A stretch of DNA of 64,000 nt from Octopus sinensis (GCF_006345805.1 NC_042997.1:110608001-110672000); one strand, 5' to 3'. Positions 1 to 13,960 are shown, numbered from the stretch's first letter. Notes: generated by a model from the sequence alone, not told the origin. Program-made: numbers and translations.

Positions 1-829
1 ATGGTTAACTCTGCGATGGACTAACCTTGCAATCAGTGGGGAAGGTTGGCATCATTCGAAAGCTACAACGATGCGAAGTGCATTGTGATCAGCGATGTAT
101 AACAACATCCGATAGTCTGGTCGATACCAATATATATAAAACGTCAATGAAGTTCCTCATTGGTTTTTTGGAGTTTTTTTTTTTTTTTTGAGAGGCGGGG
201 GTTTGTTTACGGCGAATTGGCAGAGTCATTAGAACATGGAACAGAGCGCTTTGCGGCATTTCTTCTGTATCTGGGTTCCGAGTACGAATAGAGCGATAGC
301 CTATTTGTGGTAGACTTAGACGGTCTCCCAGTTTAATACCACCATTTAGCAACTTGGACACCTTTAATAGAGTCTACTCTGTTGCAAGAATTTGGACCAA
401 GTTTCAGGCCTGAAGATATCGGCTTCCTCCTTTCCTTCTACCAGGCGCCTTGTAACGGGCCGTGATAGTGATAAAGGGGAGAAAATAAAACACAATCTGT
501 TAATTTGCATTATATATTCGTTTGGTTATGATGCTGAGACGAGACAGTCCCCATTAAAAGGTAGAAGAAAGATTAATTTGAAAATAAATTAGAATCAACT
601 GTAGAAAGAGAAAAGAATTTGGCTTGCTAACATAAGATAATGGAAACAATATTAAAAGGTTGTTTGAAAACTAGAAACGAAAAAAAATTTTATTTGTCAT
701 TCTTCAAAGACCTAATTTAACGACGGTTTAACACGAGTTTTCTCCCTTTAAAGAATTACCCCCCTTACCAAACCCAAAATTAGTGAAATATTATTTAGTT
801 AACGTCGTCCTACAAACCTTTCGACTGCA

Positions 830-1190
830 GGCACAAGGCCTGAAATTTTGAGGGAGGGTGGAAGTCGATTAGATCGACCTCAGTGCTCAACTGATACTTG
901 ATTTATCGACCCCAAAAGGATGAAAGGCAAAATCGACCTCGGTAGAATTTGAACTCAGAACGTAACGACGGCTGAAATACCTATTTCTTTATTACCCACA
1001 AGGGGCTAAACACAGAGGGGATAAACAAGGACAGACAAACGGATTAAGTCGATTATAACTGGTACTTATTTAATCGACCCCGAAAGGATGAAAGGCAAAG
1101 TCGAGCCCGGCGGAATTTGAACTCAGAACGTAGCGGCAGACGAAATACTTCACCCGGCGTGCTAACGACTCTCCCAGCTCGCCGCCTTCA
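830..1190 (-). mobile_element. tRNA-derived SINE, family A (core resembles the Deu/Nin SINE domain), internally duplicated
   Basis: Reverse complement of the head GGCGGCGAGCTGGCAGAA..GTTAGCAC..GAGTTCAAATTCC and core GTCGACTTTGCCTTTCATCCTTTCGGGGTCGATAAA..AGTACCAG. Further approximate copies at 11858-12092+, 31170-31287-, 37150-37365-, 38420-38780-, 42220-42420+, 44300-44503-, 52950-53120+, 58628-58800-, 60115-60320-, 61176-61305-. The Deu/Nin assignment is from recalled similarity, not an alignment. Confidence 0.8.
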
Positions 1191-1672
1191 CGTAGCCCTA
1201 CAATGTTGGGGTGTCATGGTTGGAATGCCTTTCATCTTTAATAGCCAACCACATGGAGTTGGAAATGGTAACATTTCACGCTTTCTGTGGGTTTAAATAT
1301 GAGGAAGTCAACTGATTCAGTGGGTCTGAAGGTGGAAAACGCTCCCTACCACCACCCCACCACAATCACCGCCTCACCCACCTCCGCTGTAGCAGCAGCA
1401 GCAGCACCCTCCTCCACCGCCACCGACAAATCTTTTATCTTTTACTTGTTTCAGTCGTTGGACTACGGCCATACTGGGGCACCGTCTTGAAGAAATTTAC
1501 TCAAACAAATCAACCCCAGCTCTCGTTTTTTTTTTTTTTTTCTTTAAGACTGGTACTTATTCTAGCGGTCTCTTTTGCAGAACTGCTAAGTTTTGGGGAT
1601 GTAAACACACCAACTCCAGCTGTCAAGTGGCAGCGGAGGACAAACGCAAATACAAAGACAACAACAGCCCCC

Positions 1673-1706
<34 letters not shown>

Positions 1707-1791
1707 ATATGTGTGTGTGTATGTCACTGCGTGTGTATCGTTGGCGATTTTTTACCTCTATCTTCCTTTCTTTGGATCTTTACTCTTCCTA

Positions 1792-1826
1792 TGTTTCTGA
1801 CGAAAAGCTCTGCTCGAAACGTTAAA
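1792..1826 (+). ncRNA. Minimal type I hammerhead ribozyme motif (Penelope pseudo-LTR-like remnant)
   Basis: TGTTT-CTGACGA-A-AAGC-TCT-GCTC-GAAA-CGTT-AAA: CUGANGA box, short stem II with one mismatch, GAAA, palindromic AACGTT, weak stem I. Confidence 0.55.
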
Positions 1827-1925
1827 TCCTCCTTCTTTCTTTCCTTTCCTGAGCGTCCAATAACACTATACTTGTTCACCGTCCTTGCGTTGTTGTGTTT
1901 TCTCTTTGTGTTTTCATGTTTGGAT

Positions 1926-1962
<37 letters not shown>

Positions 1963-2014
1963 AAAAATTAAAAAAAAAAAAAAATATACATATATATATA
2001 TATACATATATATA

Positions 2015-2200
2015 TGGCACGTAAAAAGCACCCACTACACTCTCGGAGTGATTGGCATTAGGAAGGGCATCCAGCTGTAGAAACACTGCCAGATCAAGAC
2101 TGGAGCCTGGTGCAGCCATCTGGTTGCCAGTCCTCAGTCAAAACCGTCCAACTCATGCTAGCATGGAAAACGGACGTTAAATGATGATGATGATGATGAT
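2015..2200 (+). mobile_element. SINE-like repeat, family C, with RTE-type (TGA)n 3' tail
   Basis: TGGCACGTAAAAAGCACCCACTACACTCTCGGAGTG..AGGAAGGGCATCCAGCTGTAGAAAC..CATGCTAGCATGGAAAACGGACGTTAAA(TGA)n. Other approximate copies at 14762-15080-, 15120-15492+, 16655-17117+, 58826-59010-, 61737-61915+, 63405-63690+. Confidence 0.75.
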
Positions 2201-3023
2201 GTATATATACATACATATGCAAACTGTCACAGAAGTCTGGTGAAGGCAGCTGCCTGGCCAGCTCCTGTCCATCTGCCCAACCCATCCCAGCATGGTAAGC
2301 AGACGTTAAACGATAATGATGATGATGATATATATATGTATGTATATATATATTCGACAGGCTACTTTCAGTTTCAGTCTACCAAATCCACTCACAAGGC
2401 ATTGGTCAGCCCGACGCTATAGTAGAAGACACTTACCCAAGGTGGTACACAGTGGGACTGAACCTGGAACCATGTGGTTGGGAAGCAAGCTTCTTACCAC
2501 ACAGCCACGCCTGCTCTTATGATATTAATGATTTTTAATTCTAATTTGTCTTTCCACACCATTTCAATGGTCAAATTAATCAAATTTAAAGCCATTTTTA
2601 TTTTTTAGTTAAACTTGGTAATTTTGTCCTGTTTTCAATCTTCCCTGTGCCCCACCCCTATCTTTTCTTTTATCTTTTACTTGTTTCAGTCATTAGACTA
2701 CGGCCATGCTGGGGCAGATGATGATGATGAATCAACCCTAGAACTTTTTTTTTATATAAGCCTGGTACCTATTCTATTGGTTCTTTTGCCGAACCACTAA
2801 GTTACGGGGATGTAAACAAACCAACATGGGTTGTCAAGTGGTGTTGGGGGACACACAGACACACACCCATAGATACATATGTCTACTGAATCCCCTCTCA
2901 AGGCTTTGGTTGGCCGGAGGATATAGGAGAAGTCACTTGCCTAAGGTACCATGCAGTGGGGATGAACCCAGAATCATGAGATTGGGAAGCGAGTTTCTTA
3001 CCACACAGACACGTCTGCATCTT

Positions 3024-3254
3024 ACATCATCATCATTGTTCGACCGTGGTCGAGACAATGGAATTTACTATGTTACGCCAGACTTCACGGTCCATCATAG
3101 CATTACGGAGGTCCTGTTGCTGGATGCCTGTATCCCTGGAGATTACATCAGGGAAGGAGAGTGTGTGACCTCTGGTATCGCAAGCAGATGGCTTCCATAG
3201 GAGAAGAGTAGAAATTACCTCGTTTTCGGCTCTACAACAATGTCCAGCAGTCAT
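3024..3254 (-). mobile_element. 3' end fragment of an RTE-like LINE
   Basis: Minus ORF ends ...LLLWKPS..RGHTLSFPDVISRDTG..DLRNAMMDREVWRNIV, typical of the RTE/RTE-X C-terminus, followed directly by a short (TGA)n tail. Confidence 0.65.
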
Positions 3255-3910
3255 TTGACTGCAGCCATGCTAGAGCACTACCTTTAGTCGAACAAATTGA
3301 CCCTAGGACTTGTTCTTTGTAAGCCTAGTACTTATTCTATCAGTCTTTTAGGCTGAACTGCTAAGTTACAGGGACATAAACACACCAACATCGGTTGTCA
3401 AGCAACAGTAGGGAGACAAACACAGACACAAACACATACATATATATGCAACGGGCTTCTTTCAGTTTCCGTCTACCAAATCCACTCACAAGGTTTTGGT
3501 TGGTGGTGGTGGTGGTGGTGGTGGTGGTGGTCATGACAATGATGATAATTTTGGGTAGAGCCAGGTGGAGGCTCGCTGCTTCTTCCTTCCATATTTGTTC
3601 TGCTACAAAAGAAGTTTGTCAATACTTTCCTGTCTTTGGAAATGATTTTCTGTCTTGTGTGCGTGTGTTCTCCATCATTGCCTTGTCGCCATTGCTGTGT
3701 ACAAAACAGATCAAACCAAAGAGGATTTTGTTTAAATCTTTTTTTTTTGTCCTTGACTGTGTGTGTGAGATAATTAAATGAATTCCTGGATTGCCCTGGA
3801 AATAAATTTCCATGACATGACATGAAAAATAAACTAATTCTTTGGAAACCATTGCTGATCCAAAAACCAACTTGAAAATAAAAGAAAGCTAGTCAGCTCT
3901 CACCAGAACA

Positions 3911-3930
3911 TAATAATAATAATAATAATG

Positions 3931-3961
<31 letters not shown>

Positions 3962-4010
3962 TAATAATAATAATATCAGTGATATCAGTGATGATGATAA
4001 TAATAATAAT
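3911..4010 (+). repeat. (TAA)n/(TGA)n microsatellite, probable insertion target of the adjacent Dong-like element
   Basis: Seen directly; a matching (TAA)n lies at 7567-7589. Confidence 0.9.
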
Positions 4011-7000
4011 GAAAGGAAACGGGTGGAGCCTCATGGGCTGATTAATAATGATACATCTAGTGATGGTGTCCCAATAAATACATTGGTAATTGTGCAGTCT
4101 GATAATCGCTACCTCATAGCAATGACAATGGAATGACAAAATATTGTGAATAGCGGTGGGGAGGAAACTGAAGCTAATGATGGTGACAGTGGTACACCCG
4201 GTAGGCTCAGAGATTCTGGTCTGGCTCCAGCCTGTCAATATCCATATAGGCACCACCACACACGGCGTAGATGGAGCAAGCAGATTAATGCTGTGGTCAT
4301 GAAGTGTTACTACCTGAGCAACCCGGTAGATGAAAATGGTGCTCAAGTTAGGGGTTTCCGACAACATATGTATAATCATTGGAGAGAAAAGGGACTGTTT
4401 CAACTCATGGAACAGAGACTATGTGATCAAGCTAGAGCAATAAGGAAAAATTGTTGGTTCAAAGAAGTAGAGCTCGAAGCTATCAAAAGATGGGTCACGG
4501 AAAATAGCAGCTGAGACAACAATGAAAATACAGTTCTTACTTATAAGAGTAATCTCATAGCACAGGAAAGAAGCAGTGGTAGTTTATTTGATGGGAGACA
4601 TATAGATGATCTGAAAGAAGACGATAAAACTAATGGCGACATGACAGATGAACAGATCTACAACAGAATAAAGGCAAGACTACAGGAGAACAATAGCGAC
4701 ATTATTTGCAACCTTAAGACAGTTGATCGATGGAAATTGAACCAAGAAACGAAAAATGTCAACGAAATTCTGAAATACATCAGAACTAACAACATCACAG
4801 AAACAAACAATTTGATCAAGGCAACAAGTATTATTGTAGCAGAAAATGTGGGTGTTGATGTCAAGAAAAAGAAACATAATGGGAGTGACAAAAGAAAAGA
4901 TCCATGGTGGAAAAAGAAGGAATCCAGGCAGGGTTAGACATGCTCTCGAAGGAAATCTCTGTGTTAGACCAAAAAGGGAAAGGGAAGCTTAAAAGTGAAC
5001 AAAAATACAGGGCGCTGAAAAGGACATATAATATTGAAAGAAAGAGCCTGTAAGTAGTAGTGGAGGAACTGGAACAGCCCCTTGTTGCAAAGAAAGCAAA
5101 GATGGCAAGATATGACCAAAGAATGAAGGGTTACCACCAGAATAGGTTATTCAGAGTAGATTAAAAGAGATTCTATAAAGAAATAAATGGAGAGTGTACA
5201 GATGAAAAGTTGATACCAGATAACATTGAAAGTCAAAAGTTTGGGAGTGACATGTAGAACAAAGACAAGGAGCACAAGAAGGATGCTGAATGGTTGCAAG
5301 AAATGACACAAACAATAGTCTGTCCAAAACAGGCAGAACTAGTCATTTTCAATTAGGGAAGTAAAGGAAATCAGATGAAGTTCAAGGCTACTGGATCAAA
5401 AGATTTGGTGAATGTCATGCACAAATAGCCGCGCAACTCAACTCCTTGTTAAATACCAATCAAGTAACACCAGAGTGGTTGACATTAGGCAGGACAGTGC
5501 TGTGCTTGAAAAACATCAGAAAAAGCAATACGGTAGACAATTATAGGCCGATATCCTGTTTGCCATTTATGTGGAAGTTATTGACTGGAATACTCGCAGA
5601 GTCAATATACGAACATCTGGAAAGAAATGGAGTCCTGCCACATGAGCAGAAGGGTTGCAATCGTAAGTGCAGAGGTACCAAGGATTAACTTTTGATAGAC
5701 AAAACTGTACTTAGAGATTGCAAGAGGAGGAAAAGTAAATTAGCCATGTCATGGATCAACTATCGTAAGGCGTACGATATGATCTCACACTCTTGGATAA
5801 TAGAATGTATGAACCTATTTGGTATTGCATCAAATGTTGAGCGATTGCTTGGAAAAAGTATGGCGAATTGGAGGACGGACCTGACAGCATACGGAAGAAG
5901 TTTAGGGACAGTAGAAATTAGGAGAGGCATCTTCCAAGGGAACTGCCTGTCCTCACTGATCTTTGTACTATGCTTGATACCACTGACACTGATTCTGAGG
6001 AAAGCAAAAGCTGGGTATGTATTCAAGAGCCACCAACAAAAAGTCAACCAGTTGTTATTCATGGACGACCTCAAACTTTATGGTAAAGATGAAGCCCAAG
6101 TCAGTTCCCTCGTTCATACAGTGTACACCTTCAGTGCTGATATCGGAATGGAGTTCGGATTGAGAAAGTGTGATGTGTTAGTCTTGAAGAGAGGCAAAAT
6201 CAAATGTATGGACAGACTAATGATACCATCAGGGGAGGTTATAAAGCAGATAGAAGAGACGGGCTATAAGTACTTGGAGATCTTGGAAATGGATAAATTG
6301 GTGGGGAAAGAAATGACAGAAAAATTTAAGGTTGAGTACTTGCTCAGACTGAGACTGATCCTTAAGTCGAAATTGAATGGATAGAATAAGATCGAAGCTA
6401 TCAACACCTGGGTGATTTCACTCCTTAGATATGGAGCAGGAGTACTCACAGTAGATGACATAAGCAGCTTAAACAGAAAGACAAGGAAGTTGCTAACTAG
6501 ATATGAGTCACTCCACCCAAAAAGTGACACAGACAGACTGTATGTACCAAGAAAAAGAGAAGAAAGAGGACTTATTGGATGCGAATACAACATTAGATCA
6601 GAAGAAAATAACATAGTATGGTATGTAAAAAATGCCACAGAACCACTATTATTAGAAGTAAGAAGGCCAGGCCTGTGTAGGATGAAAGATTGCACAGATA
6701 AAGCACTATACAAGAAATTGAAAGCGAATGAAATTGAAAATAGGTGGATAAAGAAAAGAATGCATGGTCAATTTCATAGGGATGTTGAAGAAAAGACAGA
6801 CAGAGAAAAAGAGATGGCTGTGGATGACTAAAAGTGATTTAAAACCGGAAACGGAGGCTCTAATCGGTGCTGCCCAAGAGCAAGCATTAAGAACAAACTA
6901 CATAAAATACAGAATAGACAACACAGCAGAAAGTGATAAGTGCAGAATCTGTGAACATATTACCAAACAATGTACGCCACTAGCCGAGAAGGAATATAAG

Positions 7001-7589
7001 AGACGTCATGACAATATAGCCAGGCTTGTCCATTGGACACTTTGCAACAAGTATGGACTTGACAGAGCAAAAAATTGGTACGACCACAAACCTGAAGGCA
7101 TCATCGAAAATAGAAATGCAAAGATCCTATGGGATTTTATGAGTCAGTGTGACCATGAGATACAGAATAGGAAGCCAGACATAGTCTTAATTGAGAAAGA
7201 AAACAAACTATGCTGGATCATAGATATAGCATGCCCAGCTGACAACAAGGTATGTGGTAAGGAAGAAAGAAAAGTTGAGAGATATGACAGGTTAGCTTGG
7301 GAAGTTAAGCAGTTGTGGTCGATGAAAAAGGTTGTAGTAGTACCAATAATTGTCGGAACCCTGGGAACAGTGAGTAAAAATCTTGAGAAGTACGTGGAAC
7401 AATTAGGAGCTGCAATAAAGGTGGAGCACTTGCAGAAAACGGCACTGCTTGGAACTGCTTGAATACTTCGGAAGATGCTCGAAAAATAAGGGCTGTTACC
7501 TTAGTTCACTGGAAGTGAACAGCTGGCACTGTAGTACACCTCCAGCGTTAGAAGCTGTGCAAAAGCAATAATAATAATAATAATAATAA
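4011..7589 (+). mobile_element. Near full-length but decayed R4/Dong-clade non-LTR retrotransposon (RT plus restriction-like endonuclease)
   Basis: Collinear ORF pieces: N-terminal RRRWSKQINAVVMKCYY..EQRLCDQARAIRKN (4146-4514); RT motifs [41 protein letters not shown] (5446-6384); degenerate Zn knuckle CRIC..H..C, RHD and RKPDIV..IIDIACP endonuclease (6764-7462). Several stops and frameshifts; flanked by (TAA)n. Confidence 0.92.
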
Positions 7590-8962
7590 AAGTAGCAACA
7601 TCACACTAGATAAAACCAATGAAATAAAAGAATTAGACCAAAGTCAAACTTACAAATGCTTAGGAATCCATGAACTAGATAAGACACAACACACACAAAT
7701 GAAAGAGAAAATAAAAAAAGAATATTATAGACGAGCTAGATCAATACTAAAAACAGAGCTCAATGCTAAAAACAAGATAATAGGTATTAACACTTTAGCT
7801 GTCCCAGTTATAAGTTACAGCTACAATATCCTTAACTGGACACTAAATGAACTGACCAAAATAGATAGGAAAACAAGAAAAATAATGACAGGATCTAGGA
7901 TGCATCACCCAAAATCTGACATAGAAAGACTATATATACAACGTATAGAAGGTGGTAGAGGCCTTATACAGCTGGAAAACTACGATAAAGTAACCATCAT
8001 AGGACTGCAAAAATACCTACTTCAGAAGGAAGGAAAACTGATACAAATAGCAGCAAAACAAAAAACTGTTCTCAGTATTTAAGGAAGCTGACAAATACAA
8101 ACAAGAAATTATACCACCTAACAAATATGAAGAAGAAGAAGAAGATGAAGAAACAACAAAAGCTATAAAACAAATGAAATCCAAACTAAAACTAGAACAG
8201 CAAAGAACCATGATAAAATGATGGCAAGAAAAGCCCCTTCATGGTAAATACTGGACTAAACTAAATGCAAAAGAAATAGACAAAGAAAAATCCCAGCAAT
8301 GGTTGAGAAGCTCAGGACTCAAAGCAGAGACAGAGGGATTTTTAATTGTAGCACAAGACCAAAGCCTCCCCACCAGAAATTACCAAAAACATGTAATGAA
8401 AAGAAATATAACAAGTAACTGCAGAATATGTGGAGATGGACAAGAAACAATAAATCATATTATCTCTGGCTGCCCACTGGAAGCTATGCCAACATTATGG
8501 AATAACAACAGAAAAAAGATGGTATAGGCACACACCAGAAAAGGTCACAGAAAACAAGAAAGCAACCATACTCTGGGATATGCCGATACACACAGATAGA
8601 GAAATTAAGGCCAACAGACCAGATATAGCTGTCAGAGATCATGAAGAAAAAAAATGCTTTCTAATTGATGTATCAATACCAGCAGATGACAACGTGTCTC
8701 TAAAAGAAATGGAGAAACTTTCAAAATACAAAGACCTGGAAATAGAGGTAACCAGAATGTGGAATCTAAAAACAGAAACAATCCCTATCATAGTAGGTGC
8801 ATTAGGCATGATAAAAAAATATTCAGACAAATACATAACAAAAACACCAGGACTTACAAACACATATAACATACAGAAAATTGCACTACTAGGCACTGCA
8901 CACATCCTACGCAGAACTTTCCATACAATAACCATCAGAGCATCACAACAAATCACAGCACA
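7590..8962 (+). mobile_element. 5'-truncated second R4/Dong-like element (different subfamily)
   Basis: Starts at RT motif YKCLG, then HPKSDIERLY..GGRGL, AQDQSLPTRNY, CRICG..ETINHIISGC, NRPDIAV..LIDVSIP, IPIIVGALG. Protein is clearly diverged from the first element. Confidence 0.88.
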
Positions 8963-8978
8963 TGGTGGTGAGAATGAC

Positions 8979-9012
<34 letters not shown>

Positions 9013-9504
9013 GTGGCAGCGGGATGGGGTGAGAGCAGGTGGTAGAGGTGGTGGTGGTGGTGGTGGTGGCGGCGGCGGCGGTGATCATGGTGGTGAGAAT
9101 GACGATGGTGGTGATGATGATGATGATGTCAGTAATAAAACATGAAAATGTATTCTGTTTTGTCCGGAAGAAATCCAGAATTTTGTCATTAAATTGGCAA
9201 CAACAATAATGTCAAGTTTGACAAATGTTGATATTTGGTGCCAGAAGCAGCCATGGTGACATTTTCTGTTGATAAAAGACTAATTCTTGTAACAGGAATA
9301 TTAAGTCTGAGACCTTAGGATTACATTGGTATTTCAGGTGTCATTCCTGGCAGAAATGCTTCAGGAAAAATCTTAGATCTTAATGGAGAATTCACTTCCA
9401 TAAAACAATTACCCAAGTTCGCTACTATTTCTACTCTTTATACTTTCTCTCTTGTGTCCATGGTAACAACAACAACTTATATATATAATTTGTTGTTGTT
9501 GATC

Positions 9505-9830
9505 CGATCAACGGAACAGCCTGCTCGTGAAATTAATGTGTAAGTGGCTGAGCACTCCACAGACACGAGTACCCTTAACGTAGTTCTCGGGGAGATTCAG
9601 CGTGACACAGAGTGTGACAAGGCTGTCTTCCTTTGAAATACAGGTACAACAGAAACAGGAAGAAAGAGTGAGAGAAAGTTGTGGTGAAAGAGTACAGTAG
9701 GGTTCGCCACCACCTCCTGCCGGAGACTCGTGGACCTTTAGGTGTTTTCGCTCAATAAACACTCACAACGCCCACTCTGGGAATTGAAGCCATGAGTCCG
9801 CTGCCCTAACCACAAGGCTATTGTGCCTCC
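9505..9830 (-). mobile_element. tRNA-derived SINE-like repeat, family D
   Basis: Minus-strand head GGAGGCACAATAGCCTTGTGGTTAGGGCAGCGG; head segment shared with 34745-35040, body shared with 32130-32275 and the interrupted copy at 47700-48420. Confidence 0.65.
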
Positions 9831-10000
9831 ATACACACACACACACACACATATATGTATATATATTAAAGTAATAAAGTTAGTGTCTGGTCATAAAGTG
9901 ACCAATGGTGTGGCATCCACGAAAGTTGTTACTCTCTCAGAGTGGTTGGTGTTTTATCTTTAGTCACGCCTGTTATTATGTCCTGTTACTATTATTATTC

Positions 10001-10103
10001 AAATGACCCATCGGTGTTTTTTTGTATCGTCTATCTGGATGTTTTGTTGTCCCTTTTTGTATCACCTAGTTGTCCGGATGTTTTGCGTTCTTGTCCCATT
10101 TTG

Positions 10104-10140
<37 letters not shown>

Positions 10141-10866
10141 CGGCATACGTACACTTTGTTCTCTTATATGTAAGTACACATTTCACTAAATTTTGTACAA
10201 CCTTTTCAAATCTTTCTCCCCCTCCCTCTCTCTCACATTTCTTTGCCTTTTTTTACTCACTTTGCACTTCACTATGTCCCTGTCTCTCTTTTTTTTCTTG
10301 CTACTCCTTGATTCTTCCGTCTATCTACTACTACTACACTCTCTCTCGCTCTCTCTCTCTCTCTCTCTTCTCCCCTCCTTAATTCCTATGTGCCTCTTTT
10401 TCACTCTCTTCTCTTCTCACGTGACCATTGGCTGACTGCTAGCCCTTTTGCATTTGACCGTGGTCATTGCCACATCGATATTCTTCCCTCTGCCAGCTGA
10501 ATTCAATTCGTCCCCAGTTGAAAGACGCCTGTTGTTATGTCCTGTTATTATTATCATTATTGTATTTTTGTATTTATATTTGTGTAACATCGTCTATGTT
10601 TCCATCTTTGTTTTGTATACATTCAATGCTTTTTTCCAAGGAATCTAATGCTCTTAGCTTAGTTTTTCCTTTGGGCTGGCCAGATTGGCACAATCTCAAG
10701 ATTAATCAGCCAAAATTGCGAAGATGATCCGGTTCTTGACTGAAGATAAAAGGCTTCGAATGACCCATCCATGTTTTTTGTATCGTCTATCTGGATGTTT
10801 TGTTGTCCCCTTTTGTACCACCTAGTTGTCCGGATGTTTTGCATTCTTGTCTCATTTTGTATTTTA
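10001..10866 (+). repeat. Direct repeat of about 110 bp (10001-10110 and 10758-10866), possible Penelope pseudo-LTR remnant
   Basis: AATGACCCATC..TTTTGTATCGTCTATCTGGATGTTTTGTTGTCCC..CCTAGTTGTCCGGATGTTTTGC occurs twice, each copy followed by (TA)n. Confidence 0.6.
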
Positions 10867-10867
10867 T

Positions 10868-10917
<50 letters not shown>

Positions 10918-13744
10918 TATCTGTGTATGTGTGTGTGTGTCTTTGTGTCTGAGTTTGTCTCCCACCACTGTTTGATAACTGTACATAGTGGTTCAGCAAA
11001 AGGGACTAACAGAATAAGTACAGGGTTTTAAAAAGAAAACATAATGGGGGTGGAGGTCTATTCATTTCACTAAAAATTGTTCAAGGTGGTGCCCCAGTAT
11101 GGCCACAGTCTAATGACTGAAACAAGTAAAAGATATACTAATTCTATTCACATCTTTTTATCTAGATTTTTTTATTGTTTCTCTCCCAACTTTTACTTGT
11201 TTCAGTCATTGGATCGCGACCATGTTGGGCACCACCTTCAAGCGTTTAGTCAGACATATTGACCGTGGTACTTTTTTTTTCCGTCCGGTACTTATGCTAT
11301 CGGCCTCTTTTGCTGAACTACCAGGTTATGGGGATGTAAACAAACCATCATCTGTTGGGAAGGACAAACAGAAAGGAACTCACACAAACGCTCATGCATG
11401 CACACACACACACACGCATGCGCGCACACACACACACATGCGCACCCACACATACACAACCACAGACACACACACATACATGCATGCACACACGTGCACA
11501 CACACACACACACATACACACATGCAAACACATGATGGGCTTTTCCACAGTTTCCAGCTTCCAAATTCATTCACAAAGCATTGAGCCAGCCTGGGGTTAT
11601 AGAAGAAGATGCTTGGAACTGAACCAGAAACCACATAGTTGCAATACGAGACTGTTAATCACACAGTCATGTTTATTTATACACACCTCTTTATCCATGG
11701 TTTCTACGACTGGATGCCCTTCCTAATGCCAACCACTCTGACAGTGTAATGGATCTTTTTACGTGCCACCGGCACAGGTGCCATTTGCATGACACCAGGG
11801 TGATTTAACATGCCACCGGCATGGGTGCCAATTTGCGTGACACTGGTATCTGCCAGGCAGAGAGCTGGCAGAAAGGTTAGCACGCCGGACGAAATGCTCA
11901 GCAGTATTTCGTCTGTCGCTACGTTCTGAGTTCAAATTCCACCGAAGTCGACTTTGCCTTTCATCCTTTCGGGGTCGATTAAATAAATACCAGTTATGCA
12001 CTGGGGTCGATGTAATCGACTTAATCCCTTTGTCTGTCCTTGTTTGTTCTCTCTGTGTTTAGCTCCTTGTGGGTAGTAAAGAAATAGGTATCTGCCATGT
12101 CTGCAATTTTGCTCAGCTTGATGGGTCTTCTTCTTAAGCACGACATAATGCCAAAGATCTCGGTCATTGCCTCCATGAGGCCCAACACTCGAAAGGAACA
12201 GATTCTTGTTCAAATTATTGGATTCATAAGATCGAATATGCTTGACTTTCCACCCCAGCCAAAATGTATGCTTTCGTATTTGAGATCAATAAACATATGA
12301 TGAATTCTATGATGATGACACAAATATATTGAATATGTAATCAGACAATTATTGAACCATTATTGAACAATTATTGAGCAGCTATTGAACAGTTATTGGA
12401 CAAGTATTATACAAGAAGCATTGAGTAATGTTATTTGATCTGAGATAAACAACATTAGAGCCAACACTGGGTTGGTCTTCTCATTAAGTACCAACTAATC
12501 TCTTTTGGTTATTAACAACTGGCAGCAGAGATGAGCAACCATGTAATAAATTCAGTCAAAACTACGTATTTCTATTGATTTCACATTAATGCACAACTAG
12601 CAGGACCCGTGAATACTTGGTAAATTAATGGTAAACCTTTTGGGTTATTTCTGAAATCTTTATCCAAAAAAACTGGAAGCGTAGCCTGTCTTTCTTGGAA
12701 AACTTAGTCGCTTGTCTGCAACTCATTGAAAAGTGAGCAAAATTGGAATACGATGATTATTTAATGCATTTCATATGTTTATACACTTTACATACTTTAT
12801 GCACAATTTTATGGAATTAATACACAGCACTCATAAAACAAATATTCACTCTTATTTTCTCAGTTTTCCCATAAACAAAAAGAAAATATCCTGTACATAT
12901 GATACAACCTTTACTTAAATTACACTTATCTGTCATGTAAATAGACATGAATATTTCACAGAATTGCACTTATGTGCATGCGTTAAGTGATAGGTGATAT
13001 AAAAAAAAACTTAGTTCAATTTTTTTTAAAAATACACTTTTTACTATCCAACCACTGCTGCCACCACCATCTTTCCCTCACTCTCTCTTCCCTCTCTCTC
13101 TCCCCTCTCTTACTACCTTTCTTTAACCTCACCATCAGAACATCACCCCTCTGCTAAAATTATATTTTTAACTCTCCTCCTCCTCTACCTTCAACTAACG
13201 CTTTTAACCACGTAATGAATATTACATTCCCCCTACATCACATCATGGACGCTTCTCTCTCCCTCTTTTTCTTTCTCCCTCTTTCTATTTCACTCTTTGT
13301 CTTATCCTCTTTTCCTCTCTCCTTTCCCTTTCTGCTCTCTTTTCCTTCAACTAATTGCATGAAAGTGTTACAATTACATTCCCTCTACCGCATGTCATGG
13401 ACACTTCTCTCTCCCACTTTTTTCTCATTCTCTTTTCATTCTCCCTGTCTTCCTCTAATCACATGAAAGCATTACCACCAGGCAAGTAACACAATGACAA
13501 GCAGAAACCTGCCTGACATTGCCTCTGGATTTATGACACACTTTCCCTGTTTTAAAGGAATCTAAATCAAAGCTTTCTATGAAAATTTCATGTAGATTTA
13601 TGTTCCAAACTTCAGTTTAATGATGACAAAATTATCTTAAATTCTTCATTATTTTCAAAATTAATTGAAACAAAAGTAATGTATTTCAGAAAAAATATGA
13701 CAACCAAAGGGTTAGACACACTTTTCCATATCCAACAGCAATGA

Positions 13745-13960
13745 CTTTCTCATTGGTAATGCCTCCCTGTATATTCCCAAAATGTAATTCTTTTTTACCA
13801 AATAAATTGCACTTCATATTCGAGACTCTGATAAAGCTGTAGGATATAGTCCAGGTATTCAACTAACAATCCACTGCATCTTATAGCAAAAACAGCTGTA
13901 AGCTCATGAAGCTCATAACATAACCACCATTTTTCCTGTGTCATCTCTTTTTCTTGTGTG
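13745..13960. repeat. Unclassified dispersed repeat (second copy about 26575-26785)
   Basis: Shared CTTTCTCATTGGTAATGC..CCTGTATA and AAATAAATT.CACTTCAT..GAG.CTCTGA..AAGCTGTA. Confidence 0.6.

Noticed and set aside
4011-4145. HDV-like ribozyme in the Dong 5' UTR
   Set aside because: Expected for some R4-clade elements, but I could not assemble the nested double pseudoknot by eye; needs a descriptor search
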